A stretch of DNA of 64,000 nucleotides from Octopus vulgaris (Eukaryota): positions 96,658,001-96,722,000 of the forward strand of contig OX597824.1 of NCBI GenBank assembly GCA_951406725.2, in the 5' to 3' direction. Position 1 is the stretch's first letter, and the number at the start of each line of letters is the position of its first letter. The notes under the pieces are model-generated. The model worked only from the letters and a program-made list of their open reading frames with translations, did not search any database and was not told the origin of the DNA. A program made the position numbers and the translations under genes. This document shows positions 15,651-29,212 of this stretch, piece after piece.

Positions 15651-15821
15651 TTTCCGGTCACCTTTCCACCATAGTGACCGTGTCACAGGCCCTATGAGTC
15701 ATAGGGCTCAAGACAGTAATAGCCAAGGGGCTTACATTCTTACCTTCACACTCTACCTATTATTGTGTGCTACATACGACGGATTAAGGACTAACACTCC
15801 TAGAATGACAAAAACACTAAA

Positions 15822-16046
15822 TACTTAGGGGGTGATGAAAAGTTCCTGACTTGAATGGTGTCGCAAAAGGCCTGGCTGGAGGTTCAACCTTCCGAGTTCT
15901 GTTAGAGGGCTTAGAAAAACTGAGGGATCGCTGCAATAAGTGTGTGAATCTGAGAAGGGAATATGTTGAATAAAACCATAATTAACTGTTCCTCCTCTAT
16001 TTTCTTTTAATCAAAGCCAGGAACTTTACCGCACCCGCTCTCTCGT
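15822..16046 (+). mobile_element. mariner-derived MITE / deletion derivative
   Basis: TIRs GGGGTGATGAAAAGTTCCTGACTT / AAGCCAGGAACTTTACCGCACCC; the interior encodes the mariner C-terminus LEKLRDRCNKCVNLRREYVE*. Confidence 0.8.
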
Positions 16047-16284
16047 GAATAAAAAGTCTTTGACCGGGGGCATAGTTTTATAACGAGATGAATTATGTGG
16101 TGTGGTGACATTCAACCCTTTACCAGAGAAAATTTACTCTCCTTATGCTACAAGCGAGTGCTACAAATGGATCGAAGTACCACGTGTACAGTGACAGAAT
16201 ATGTTTAATAATTTTGGACCAGATCGAAAGCATCATCATCAGCACCCCCCATCATAATCATTTGACGTCCCTTTCTTCTATATG

Positions 16285-16333
<49 letters not shown>

Positions 16334-17194
16334 GTATATGTGTGTATACGTATCTTTTATGTATATGTATATGATGCCGTGGGGCTGCTTAATGTTATAT
16401 CTTCCGCCTTAGTGATGCTCATAACCGTTGATACTATTTGGATAAGTAGTTCTGTGTTTTCTGTCATAGAAACCGTTATGGTTCCCGGCAATAAGACTGA
16501 TGAGGGGATTTTTCAAAACCTGTTTGTTGTTTTTCGTTATTTGATGTCCAAGTCCTCAAACTATCCTCATATTTCTAACATACCCAGGTTCAGTTTCTCT
16601 CTCTCCCTTTCTCTCCTTCTCTCTCACACACATATGTATGTGGGGGTAAGAGTGTTTGTGTATGTTTATATATTGTATATGAGTGTATATAAGTTCTCGT
16701 TTGTTTTTAATCCTTTAAAATCTTTCCTCTGAAAAAACAGCTGGCTTCTAACAAAGATACAACGCTCCATCGTTGGAACGTAAATAGCAAAAACAATGCC
16801 ATATTTTAGACTTGAGAAAAGTCTTGCAGATTTTTACTGTTCCACTTACGGAATGTCTTTGTAATGTGCGAATCAGTTGGTTGATTTCCTTTTCTGGAAA
16901 TCCAAGCTTATCCGGATTATCGCTTAGGCATTCACTCACAAACCCGAACGCACCAATTATTATTGGTATAAATGTGAATTTGTAATCCGGATAGAGAAGC
17001 TGGAGATGTATGTATGTATGTATGTATGTATGTATGTATGTATGTATGTATGTATGTATGTATGTATGTATGTTTATATGTATATGTATGTGCGAGTGTG
17101 TGCATATATATGTGTACGTGTGTGTGTATCTGTGTGTATCTCTCTCTCTCTCTCTATAAATATATATACATATACATAGATTATTTATCTATAC

Positions 17195-17325
<131 letters not shown>

Positions 17326-17857
17326 AATTTATCATCTGTGTGCGTCAGGGATGCTTATGCTGTCTCTGCTGCTGTTTAACTCCGAGTATCCTTCACTGAA
17401 TACTCCTACGACACAAGCCATTCCAGTTGTGGCCATTCATTCATTTTCCCTTCACAGACACCATGTACCCAAGCCAATCTTATCCGATATGTCCTTCCGC
17501 TGTGTTTAGCTGCTATATCCAGCAAAGCACCGTGATATATTTGGCGAGGTTCTTCCCTGCAGTTCTTCGTCACATTTGTTGTTCTTTGTTGTTGTAAGTG
17601 GGGGGGGGGGGCGGACAATGGGAAATGGGTGTGGGAGGTGTGCTAGGTTTCGTAGCAATATATCGAAGAGGGGAGGCGAGGGGATGAGTCGGGGGAGCAC
17701 ACGCATTTCCCTTCTGCAGCACTAGCAATGGCAATAGTGGTAGTAGTAGTAGTAGTAATAATAATAATAATAACAGCAGCAGTAGTAGAAGAGGTGAAAA
17801 CGACGGTAACAACAATAGTTGTGGTGGGGGTGGTGGGGTAACGTTGGCAATTGTACC

Positions 17858-17902
<45 letters not shown>

Positions 17903-18167
17903 TGCAGTAGTTGTAGTAGTAAAAGACGAGATAGAGTGTAAGAGATAGAGAAATAGTAGTAGTAGTAGAAGAAGAAGAAGAAGAAGAAGAAGAAGAAGAA
18001 GAAGAAGAAGAAGAAGAAGAAGAAGAAGAAGAAGAAGAAGAAGAAGAAGGAAGAGGAGGTGGAGTAGGAGAAGTAAAAGAAGAAGGAAAAGAAGAGGAGG
18101 AAGGAGAAAAAGAAGTGGTGATTGTAAAACTACTAATAATACCACTGCTGCAGCTGCTAATGCATCC

Positions 18168-18238
<71 letters not shown>

Positions 18239-18594
18239 GCTACTACTACTATACTGCTGCCACCCTAGCATTTAGCGTTTTTATCCACCGGGGTATATTT
18301 TCCAACATGGCGGAATTAGTATGTAGGCACGTGACCTAGGCTGGGTGCCGAGTTACAAGCCGTTGGCAAGAATAGTAGTCTTAGTATTGGTGGTAGAATA
18401 GTGGTGGTGTGGTAGTGGCGGTGGTAGTTGTAGCCATGGTAGTGGTTCTGTGTGTGTGTGTGTATGTGTGTGTGTGTGGAGATGGTAGTGTTGGAGGTTG
18501 TGGTAGGTTAGTAGTGGTAGCTGCGGTGGTTGCTGGTTGTTGTTGTGGTGGTGGCGGTGGTAGTAGAGGAGAGCTGACAGTGTGGAAGGCAAGT

Positions 18595-19135
18595 GATGCC
18601 GAAGATGACGACGACCACGGCGACGGAGGCGATGACGATGATGATGATGATAATGATGATGATGATAGTGATGATGATGATGACGATGATGATGATGTTG
18701 GTGATGGTGATGATGATGTTGATGTTGATTGTGATGATAATGATGATGACAATAATGCTGATGGTGATGATGATGATGATGATAATGATGATGACAATGA
18801 TGATGATGACGCTGATGATAATGACGATGAAGACAATGATGTTGATGGTGATGATGATGACGACGATGATGATGATGGGGATAATGATGACGTTGGTGAT
18901 GATGATAATGACGATGAAGACAATGATGTTGATGGTGATGATGATGACGACGATGATGATGATGGGGATAATGATGACGTTGGTGATGATGATAATGACG
19001 ATGAAGACAATGATGTTGATGGTGATGAAAATGATGATGGTGATGACGAAGATAATGACGATGATGATGATGATGGTGGTGATGATGATGATGGTGTTGG
19101 TGTCGGAGATAGTGGTGATGGTTGCGGTGATGACG
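18595..19135. repeat. Degenerate (GAT)n tract with an 87-bp higher-order repeat
   Basis: GATAATGACGATGAAGACAATGATGTTGATGGTG starts at 18817, 18904 and 18991. Confidence 0.85.
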
Positions 19136-19277
19136 GTGGGAGTAATTTAGCGAGTGGTTTCCAATTTCCAAAGATAGTTTGAAAGCTTTTGGTTTTCTTG
19201 GTTGTCTTGGTAAATAGCTGAGAGTGCCAGAGGTGTTGGATGTGATAGCGCGCCTGTAATAGACACACCGCACACAC

Positions 19278-19369
<92 letters not shown>

Positions 19370-19529
19370 GAGGTACATATATGTATGTGTGTGCTACGTG
19401 CACATATGTATGTGTTTGTATGTGACAATTTATAAAACATGAGCAAGTGTGTATGTACATCTGTGTATGTACGTACGTGTGCGTCTCAGAGAACGTATGT
19501 GTTTATTTGCGTATATGTGTGTGTGTGTG

Positions 19530-19567
<38 letters not shown>

Positions 19568-19856
19568 CAAGACACGACTGTATCGAGTTTGATATTTCCT
19601 CATTAGAGATTATTCATAATTCTTTATTAGTCCGTTGTGTGAAGGTCGGAAAATAGCTTCTCTAAATCCATTAATCCATTAACATCTCGAGACCTTCACA
19701 ATGAGAATGAGAGATAATCTTGTGTATTAGCATTGCGTTAAGGATCAAATAATCCTCTTGGAGACACCAGCACAGTTTTCTGTGTTTCTACCTCAATAAA
19801 CGTCTTCAGCACAGCGTTGTCTTTCTCCCTCGGTCTCACTCACTCACTTACTTACA

Positions 19857-19978
<122 letters not shown>

Positions 19979-20230
19979 TACACACAACTTTTTTGATGCG
20001 CTTTGTGACCTCCACATCGATGCGATCTTTAGGCCGTGACTTGCAACTCTAGTTGCAAAACAGCAATTTTGTTTAAATGTAATTCATGTATTGAGTACAC
20101 AGTCGCTCTTTTATAAATTCTGTATGTTTACATGGATGTATATGTATATACACACACACTCACAATCATATATATATATATACACACACATAAACACACA
20201 CACACACACACACATACACACACATATAAG

Positions 20231-20388
20231 TGCAGGTGTGGCTGTGTGGTAAGAAGTTTGCTTTTCAACCACATGGTCCCGGGTTCAGTTGCACTGCGTG
20301 GCACTCTGGGCAAGTGACTTCTATAACCATGGGCCGACCAAAGCCTTGTGAGTGGATTTACTAAATGGAAACTGAAAGAAGCCTGTCG

Positions 20389-20435
<47 letters not shown>

Positions 20436-20542
20436 AGACGAATTAAAATTAAAGAATTAATGTTTAGAAAGTAGGCGTTAAATGCAGTATCCAAACCTTG
20501 TATATATGTGTGTGTATGTGTGTGTGTGTATGTCTGTCTCTC

Positions 20543-20632
<90 letters not shown>

Positions 20633-20830
20633 CACGTGTGTGCATGTCTTTGTGTGCGACCTCCACACACAGCTTCACAACTTGTGTTGGTGAGTTTTCG
20701 TTTCCATAACCTAGCGGATCGGCAAAAGTGACCAATAGAACAAAATGGTACAGGGGTCAGTTCGCTCGACTAAAATCTGCAAGGCGGTGCCCCAGCATGG
20801 TCGCAGTCCAATGCCTGAAACAAGTAACAG
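20231..20830 (+). mobile_element. SINE family A with expanded internal microsatellites
   Basis: Head with B box GGTTCAGTTGC; tail GGCGGTGCCCCAGCATGGTCGCAGTCCAATGCCTGAAAC. Confidence 0.8.
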
Positions 20831-20844
20831 AATGAATGAATATA

Positions 20845-21160
20845 CAGTAATTCCTCGCCATATCGCGGTTCACTTAGTGCGGTTCACCCCACCACCCTCT
20901 ATCGCGGTTTATTGTTTAAGCTTAAGTCGATTCCTCAGTGGTGGTGTGCTATATTATAATGAATGTATACAAATTATAAAAATAATAATAATAAATATAC
21001 AGGAGTGGCTGTGTGTGGTTAAAAGCTTACTTTTGAAAGCATATGGTCCCGAGTTCAGTTCCACTGCGTGACACCTTGAGCAAGTATCTTCTATAATAGC
21101 CTCGGGTCAACCGAAGCCTTGTGAGTGGATTTGGTAGACGGAAACTGAAAGAAGCCTTCG

Positions 21161-21193
<33 letters not shown>

Positions 21194-21494
21194 ATGTATG
21201 TATTTGCATGTCTGTGTTTGTCCCTCCACCATTGCTTGACAACCGATGTTGGTGTGTTTACGTCACAGTTACTTAGCAGTTCGGCAAAAGAGGTCGATAG
21301 AACAAGTACTAGGCTTCCAAAGAATAAGTCCTGGGGTGGATTAGTTCGACTAAAGGTGGTGCTCCAGCATGGCCGCAGTCAAATGACTGAAACAAGTAAA
21401 TGAGTAAGAGTACGATACTGTTTCTACTTCGCGGATTTTCACTGATCGCGTGGGGTTTTGGAACGTAACACCCGCGATAATTGAGGGATTGCTA
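20845..21494. mobile_element. pogo/Tigger-like MITE interrupted by a SINE
   Basis: TA-CAGTAATTCCTCGCCATATCGCGG ... CCGCGATAATTGAGGGATTGCTA imperfect TIRs; SINE A at 21000-21411 lies inside. Confidence 0.65.
21000..21411 (+). mobile_element. SINE family A, full length
   Basis: CAGGAGTGGCTGTGTG head through the CAGTCAAATGACTGAAACAAGTAAA tail. Confidence 0.9.
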
Positions 21495-21512
21495 TCCGTA
21501 TATAATAAGCAC

Positions 21513-21735
21513 AAGGCAGCGAGCTGGCAGAATTGTTAGCACACCCGGGGAAAACTGCTTATTGGTACTTTGCCCTTCTTCATGATCTGAGTTCAAATTC
21601 CACCGCGGTCGACTTTGCCTTTCATCCTTTCGAGATCAATAAAATAATGATCAATTTCTGCACTGGGATCGACATAATCGATCTAACCCCTCCCTCGAAA
21701 TTGCTGGCCTTGTGCTAAAAATTGAAACTAATATT
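21513..21735 (+). mobile_element. SINE family B
   Basis: AAGGCAGCGAGCTGGCAGAA head, GAGTTCAAATTCC B box. Confidence 0.8.
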
Positions 21736-22100
21736 TAAATATGGACATAATGTAGAAAATCTTTCGTTTCGTTCTGTGAAATTTGTCACTTCGTTAGCTA
21801 GAGTGTGTTGTGCTAATTAAGATTAAAATTTTTAAGTACATAGCATACCTACACACACACACACACACACACATGCTTATATACATAAATAACTACATAT
21901 AAACATATATACATATATACAATCAATTAAACACATATATATATGTATATGTATATATATGTATATATATGTATATGTATATATATATTATGTATATATA
22001 TATGTATATATAAATATATGTATATATAAATATATGTATATGAATATATATACATATGTATATATATGTATATGTGTATATATATGTATATTTATGTATG

Positions 22101-22133
<33 letters not shown>

Positions 22134-22159
22134 ATATATATATGTATATATATATATAC

Positions 22160-22201
<42 letters not shown>

Positions 22202-22216
22202 GTATATGTATATATT

Positions 22217-22256
<40 letters not shown>

Positions 22257-23242
22257 CACATATAAATACATATGTCCATCCATCCATCATACATACACAT
22301 GCAACGCGCATGCACATACGAACACATAAATAAGAATTCATTAATACTCATTAGAGTAATTAGAAAATTTTAATTATAAGCCATTAATGGAAATGTGAAA
22401 ATATGTAAGCCTTTCGACAAGTTTAGCCTGTAGCATGTCTACATGCATACATGTAGACATACCGTACATGTGGATACACATGTATACACACTTACAAACA
22501 AACACACACACACACTCATACGTACATACCGCAAACACGCATACATACAAACACACACATCCATTCTTATACATATATATACACATACATACAAACTCAT
22601 ACATATTTAGAAGCATACACGGCCATCCATATACATATACGCGCGCATATATCCGGAGACATATATATATATATATATACAAGCACACATGTACCCACAT
22701 GTAGTAGGTGGTGCATGAGGCGGTCATGAACGTACAGCCATCCTCTGCAGCTACATGTTATTTCTAAGTCAATATACAGTGCCATTTATAGGGGAGATTG
22801 CCTCAGGATAAACATAGAAAACATTTTTGTTGGTGTGGACACACAGACACATTCAAAATGGGGTATACTGGCACAACATTGTCAACAAAAATAAAGGCAA
22901 ACAAACCTTTTTAAAACCTTCACAGTGAGGTGAGGGGAAATAGTTTTCATGATAATTTGCCATTAAGGAAACAGTAGTCTATCTTTGTCTGGAGAGAAGA
23001 GAACAATTTTGAACGTGTTTCTATATCAACAAGTCTCATCAGCACAGCACTGTCACACTCACACACACATATAGATATATATGAAATAAATATATATATA
23101 TATGAAATGAATATATTAATTAGACGTTTGGCGAAGGAAAAGTGTTGTTAATGTTTCGAGCATAGCTCTTCATTGGAAACAAGAAAATTCCAAAGAAAAA
23201 TAAGGAAAAATAAGGAAAAATCGGTAACAGTTCACGTGCGGT

Positions 23243-23288
<46 letters not shown>

Positions 23289-23598
23289 TGCACCCCTGCA
23301 GGCACACAATAAATCTAATATTACTGTCTGGGACAGAAAACTGGTTATATACTGTTATAGAAGCTAGTTGATATTAAAACGTCCATTTTTCATTAAAAGT
23401 CCACCAGAAAGAGAACATTTATTAAGAGTTGCATCAGAAACCTTCAGCGAAAATTTTTTAAAATTATAAAAGTGAATTTTGCGTTTGAACTGAGAATACT
23501 GTGCTGTTTACCGTGTGTCCTGTATGGACTTGTGGTGCATAAAAGTGCTCCTGTTTATATCGCTAGCGGGAGATAATCATTCGTTGCCGGTGTTGGGA

Positions 23599-23645
23599 CT
23601 ACCAGATCACGTGATTTCGACCTTCCTTGACCTTGTCCATGGTAG
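23599..23645 (-). ncRNA. Hammerhead ribozyme variant (U3-A8, G4)
   Basis: Minus strand: CTACCA-TGGACAA-GGTC-AAGGAA-GGTC-GAAA-TCACGTGA-TC^TGGTAG; 6-bp stem I and palindromic stem III. Confidence 0.65.
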
Positions 23646-23819
23646 ATGCCCGAAAGCTAGAGGTAGAAGCAATTCTTCCGCTAGTGATACACATAGAATC
23701 TCAATGCTTTATCAGGCGCTGGTGTCTCAAAAAGTCAGGGGGTTTAGTTTAAAAAAATAATTAACAGCGATAGAAGTAGTATTAATAGAAAAGGTAATAT
23801 TTTTCCCCACGGGTAACAA

Positions 23820-24140
23820 CTGGTATTCCGTCGGTTGCGACGACGTGGGTTCCAGTTGATTCGATCGACGGAACAGCCTGCTCGTCAAATAAACGTGCAA
23901 GTGGTGGAGCACTCCATTGACACACTTGCACCCTTAACGCAGTTCTCAGCGAGATTCAGTGTGGCACAGAATGTGACAAGGCTGGCCCTTTGAATTACAA
24001 GTACAACTCAGTTTTGCCAGCTGGATGGAGTGGAGCAACGTGAAATAAAATGTCTTGCTCAAGGAAACACTGCATCGCTAGGAATCGAACTCAGAACCTA
24101 ACGATCGTGAGCCGAACAGCCCAACCACTGAGTCACGCAT
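23820..24140 (-). mobile_element. SINE family C
   Basis: Homologous to 15045-15378; GGAATCGAAC reverse B box. Confidence 0.8.
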
Positions 24141-24972
24141 ATGGATATTGTAGAGGCGGCACATGCTCTATGGATCAGGTGTGTGGGTAGTGTGGATGCG
24201 GCACATCTCAGTTAGATAAAACACTGGTGTGGGTTGCATACAGGCGGCACTTTGCCTCTAACTCGAACATTTTATTCGATGAGCTCCAAGCAGATTCCTT
24301 TCAGCATTTAGAAATAGCAGTCAAATCTATCGCAAATCACACTTTATGGACGTATAATTATAAAGTTCACATCATGTAATGTAGATAGAAAAATTCATGG
24401 GAAGGTCACGGTTAGAATGTCTTTGGTCATGCAGCTGCTCGTTGAGGACTGATATGAAGTTTTTAAGGACAACTGGTTGCCATTTCTAGCCTGTCGAACG
24501 ACCATGATAAGCTCCAGCGTTACTTCTTTCGTATTAGTGTTGTTGTTGTTGTTGATGGTGGTGGTGGTGGTTGTGATGGTGGTAGAAGTGAAGAAAGGGT
24601 GGTGGAGGAGGGTACGTTTATATGTGTGTGTCTGGTGTGTCTGCGTCTATGAGAGTGTCTGGTGAGTATGTGTGTATGTGTGTGTTTGTGTGTGATGAAG
24701 TCAATACAATGGAACAGACAGCTCATTGTGTACAATAATAATAAAACAGAAAAAACAACAAAAAACAAAAAATAAATGAACAAAATACGCGACATTAAGA
24801 CACAAATTTCAGTCGAGGAAAAGATAATAGGTGTGTGCGTGTGCATATGTATATGCGCAATTGTTTCAGTGAGTTTATGTGCGTCTGTGTATATGTGTGT
24901 GTGTTTAATTGAGATCTCTCTCTCTTCTTCACTGCCATGTTTGCAAGGTACCTATATGTGTATGTGTGTGTG

Positions 24973-25025
<53 letters not shown>

Positions 25026-26078
25026 GAATGTATATATTTATATATATATATAGGTGTATATACATTTATGTATATGTATGTGTGTGTATGTAAATATATA
25101 TATATATATATGTATACATACATACATGTATATATTTGAATGTATATATGTATATATTTATATATGTATATACGTTTATATGTATGTATGTACGTATATA
25201 TATATATGTGTGTGTGTATATATATGTATATATATATATATATATAAATGAATACATACCTATGATTATGGACATATGTATTTATAATTCATCTATATAC
25301 GTACATCTATACAGATATATATTCATATATACATGTATATATATATGTATACACACACACGTACATGTTTATTATCTGTAGAGTATTGTGTTTATGTATT
25401 AAAAAAGCCATAAATAGTTGCCGTCACTCGCAAGCGAATACGGCTTGGCAACATATCCGATACAGGTTTTAGATATCTATGTAGACGTATGCAGAGAAAC
25501 ACACTTGGTTCTCACATCCTTGACCCAGCGGAGAATGTGCCTAATAGAAGGCGGAAAGGGTGCATCAGCACTAGGGTGGCAATTACTAGCAGCTGATCAA
25601 ACTGCATGCAAATATAAAATGAAATGTCTTGGCCAAGGACACAACAAGCAACCAGCAGTAGAACCAGGTATCGACCATACTAGCTTATAATCATTAAGCC
25701 AATACTCTGACCACTAAAACTCACGAAGGCCATGATATATGTATTTACGTCTATATATTCATATATATTGGAATTTTCATATCCAACTTAACCTGGGTGT
25801 ATTGTTAGAACGCTGAATACTGAGGTATTCAACTTGAGAGATCCTCTCATATAGATGTATAGGGCTAAAATCACAGGCATATCGTTAGCAGCCAAGAATT
25901 GTTTTGCATAAAAGGTAGAATTGTTTGATCAGGGGAATTTAGAGTACAAGCGCTTCTGCAGTAGCAGAGTCAGTTCACCGTATGCCAGCCAAGTTCCACT
26001 GGCAACGATATACAAGAAATAAAGAAGTGATTGTTTAGCCTGGAATTTAGCTAGCATGTGGTGAGCGGTCGCCTGATA

Positions 26079-26119
26079 CTGATGAAGCGCATGTATGCTG
26101 ATATCACGTGATCTAGTAG
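26079..26119 (+). ncRNA. Degenerate hammerhead (same stem III as 23599)
   Basis: CTGATGA-AGCG..TGCT-GATA(for GAAA)-TCACGTGA-TC-TAGTAG; stem I is weak. Confidence 0.4.
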
Positions 26120-26394
26120 TTCTGCCACCCTGCCAGACGATTGTTGTCTGCTAACGATATATCTGCTGACTATTTACACTATACGTCTATATGAGAGGAT
26201 CATCTGGAAGTCTTACTGTCACAGTAAATCGTCATTTCATCATTACATCTGGTAGACACTATGTCTTTACTAGCCATACCAGTCAGTTAACATGGCCGTC
26301 GTAACTTCTTTTACAGTGAGTGACATACTGAAATTTCAATTCCCTCGCAACTTTACATTTTGAAGACACGTCTGTCTCCCTTAAATCCTTAAAA

Positions 26395-26740
26395 ATGTTT
26401 CAGCCCGAAGGCTGCGGCCATGCTGGGGCACCACCGTTGGATGAGCTACACTAGTATGTGAAACCACCTCTGATACGTGGGACTTGGTCAACAAGGGAGT
26501 TCGACGCCGCTGCCCGCATCTGTGTTTCCTGCCGAGAAGTAGGTTCATCTGGAACCCCTGACAAGAAGAGATCCAGTTTAGTTTTAAAGAAACCCACATC
26601 CACACCATGCAGGTCTCCCAGGCATTTAGGGAGGATATTGAAGAGCTGTGCTCCCCTGAAACCCAAGCTGTTGCAGTATATCTGGTCCTGTATTTTGATG
26701 GTGATGTTGGGATCTTTGGCACCACAGCAAGTCTCAAGTG
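26395..26740 (-). mobile_element. CR1-group LINE 3' end
   Basis: [54 protein letters not shown] (typical post-RT C-terminus), tail GGTGCCCCAGCATGGCCGCAGCCTTCGGGCTGAAAC. Confidence 0.8.
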
Positions 26741-26844
26741 CTCCACTTAGCAAGTTAAGACCTATGCGCTCCAAATGCTCACCTTGTGAATTATCATTCG
26801 GAATTCTCAAATGTTTTGAAACCTAAAGGACACACCTGGTTCAC

Positions 26845-27035
26845 TTGTCAGTTAACATCTGGAAGTCACAACTGCTTTACCTGTCACTTCACGTCTGGAA
26901 GTCACATCTACGATAATCATGTAACACTTGGAAGACATCTAGTGGTTAGCTAACATCTGGAAGTTACAACTGCGACAGTCACTTCACCTCTGGTTGTCAC
27001 AACTACTCAATCAGTCACATCTGGAAATCACAGCT
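26845..27035. repeat. Degenerate ~28-35 bp minisatellite (ACATCTGGAAGTCAC)
   Basis: Units near 26856, 26891, 26925, 26953, 26986 and 27017; related units near 26200-26260. Confidence 0.6.
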
Positions 27036-27114
27036 GTGCCAGAAGTGTGTGCAAGTGGCGACTGCTCCACCAGTTAGTTAACCACCTCCACCACCGCTCT
27101 CTTAGAAAGCTTAC

Positions 27115-27333
27115 CAGCTGCCGAATGCGTAAACTCCAGTGTTTCACTTGCATCGTGTCCGTCATAAATGGCAGAATGTTCTGTTGGCACGTTTGACATT
27201 TGGCTCGTCTCTTCATGTTTGTCACTCTTACACCGACCACGTCTACAAGATGGCGCTAATTCCAGCCTTGCTACAGGGAGGACTAGACGCGGGGAGGAAG
27301 CTTCGGCACGCTCGCGCATGTGTACGTATGTAG
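27115..27333 (-). CDS. Candidate 219-nt phase-1/phase-1 internal exon, product unknown
   Basis: CTTTCAG| acceptor, CTG|GTAAG donor, open frame ATYVHMRERAEASSPRLVLPVARLELAPSCRRGRCKSDKHEETSQ...THSAA; unique CpG-rich sequence. Confidence 0.35.
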
Positions 27334-27367
27334 CTGAAAGTGTGGATGGGTGCATGTGTGCAAGTGT

Positions 27368-27435
<68 letters not shown>

Positions 27436-27531
27436 TTGTATGTGTTAGTGTGTGTTGGGAGAGAGAAGGGATGGAAAAAGATTGTAGGACAGGGATAGAA
27501 TAAGCTAAATAGATGGCATTATATATATATA

Positions 27532-27569
<38 letters not shown>

Positions 27570-27615
27570 ATTGCACAAGTATACATCAAAATATATAGTG
27601 TATGCTCTTCTTTTC

Positions 27616-27652
<37 letters not shown>

Positions 27653-27688
27653 CTGTGTATATATATGTACAGACAAACACACACGCAC

Positions 27689-27810
<122 letters not shown>

Positions 27811-28329
27811 TTATAATATATATATGTAATACATATAATATATGTAAATTATATATAAACGCACGCACACAAATATAAGTGTGTGTGTGAGTGTGAGTGT
27901 GTGTGAGTGTGAGTGTGTGTGAGTGTGAGTGTGTGTGTGTGTGTGTGTGTGAGTGTGCGCGCCCGTGTGTTTCATTTGTTAAACGAGGAAACAAGAAAAT
28001 AAACCATCCGACCTTAACCTCTTCAACAACAACAATGTCGACAACAACAAAAAACCAATTCTAGCCTAAACTACAATAAAAACACTGTCTGGCTCGGTGG
28101 TTGCCAGACAGGCTAGAAACAACAAGTAAATTCCTTAAATCAAACACGACCACTTTAAATGAAAGGCCTCGTAAGACATTGTGGTCCTACACATTCTCCT
28201 AACAGATCGCGATGGTCACGGTTGGGCTGCATTTGATCATAGATCTACTCGGATAGGGTTGGCCCATTGTCATGCAACTACGACTACAACTCTTGTGACC
28301 ATAACCACCACAGCCATAGCCACCACTGC

Positions 28330-28660
28330 GAAAAGAATCCATAGAAAGATCCATACATGGAATCGAATTAGAAGGGCATATTTGGAATGTGATAATTCGA
28401 GAACGGAGCGGAGTGAACGATTTAATCGCAGAGAACCGAAAGCACAAGCTCCACTGGTCCGGACATGTCGCAAGGTTCACAGACACCAAGGTGGACCGGT
28501 GCAGTTGCCGGGCAGTATCCAAGAGATCGGAAAAAGCCACTTGGAAGGCCTCCATGACGATGGGAAAACGATCTAGTTAAGCAGGATGGGCCACAACGGA
28601 TACGAATGGCGCAATCAAGACAATTGGAAGCGCATTGGGACTAGCGGTGTGCAACAGTAT
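28330..28660 (+). mobile_element. RTE-clade LINE 3' fragment
   Basis: IIRERSGVNDLIAENRKHKLHWSGHVARFTD, with a frameshifted GRPP*RWENDL motif. Confidence 0.75.
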
Positions 28661-28750
28661 CTGATGGTCAGGTCGATACTGCGATATCGTGATATGTGGC
28701 GGATGATATGGGATCGTTTGTATAGCTAGCATATATTACCGAACAGCTGA

Positions 28751-28906
28751 CAGGCGTGGGTGTGTGGCAAGAAGCTTGCTGTCCAACCACATGGTTCCGA
28801 GTTCAGTCCTACTGCATGGCACCTTGGGCAAGTGTCTTCTACTATAACCTCAGGCCAGCCATAGCCTTGTGAGAGGATTTGGTTGGCGGAAACTGAAAGC
28901 ATCCCG

Positions 28907-28964
<58 letters not shown>

Positions 28965-29212
28965 ATGTATGTATTTGTGTGTCTGTGTTTGTCACCCTAC
29001 ACTTGTCGACTAGTGTTGGCAATTTAATTTCCCCTTAACGCAGCGCTACGGCAAAAGAGACTGATGAAATTAGTGCCAAACTTGAAAAAAAAAAAAAAGA
29101 AAGCAACCAAAAACCCTTAAGTCCTGGGGGCGATTTGTTCAATTAAACATTCTTCAAGGCGTTGCTCTAGCATGGCCGCAGTCTAATGACTGAAACAAGT
29201 TAAAGATTAAAG
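28751..29212 (+). mobile_element. SINE family A, full length
   Basis: Family head, body and tail. Confidence 0.85.

Noticed and set aside
16490-16535. CTGATGA in a PLE-like repeat
   Set aside because: GAAA and stems I/III are not recoverable
18409-19182. 257-aa Asp-rich ORF resembling acidic biomineral proteins
   Set aside because: Degenerate (GAT)n that runs through (TG)n, with no signal peptide or splice support
19770-19815. CTGAAGA...GAAA on the minus strand
   Set aside because: No stem II pairing and no UH triplet
20231-20300. tRNA-like A/B boxes at SINE heads
   Set aside because: No cloverleaf; these are SINE Pol III promoters, not tRNA genes
26845-27035. Regularly spaced repeats resembling a CRISPR array
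   Set aside because: Eukaryotic context, degenerate units, related spacers and no cas genes
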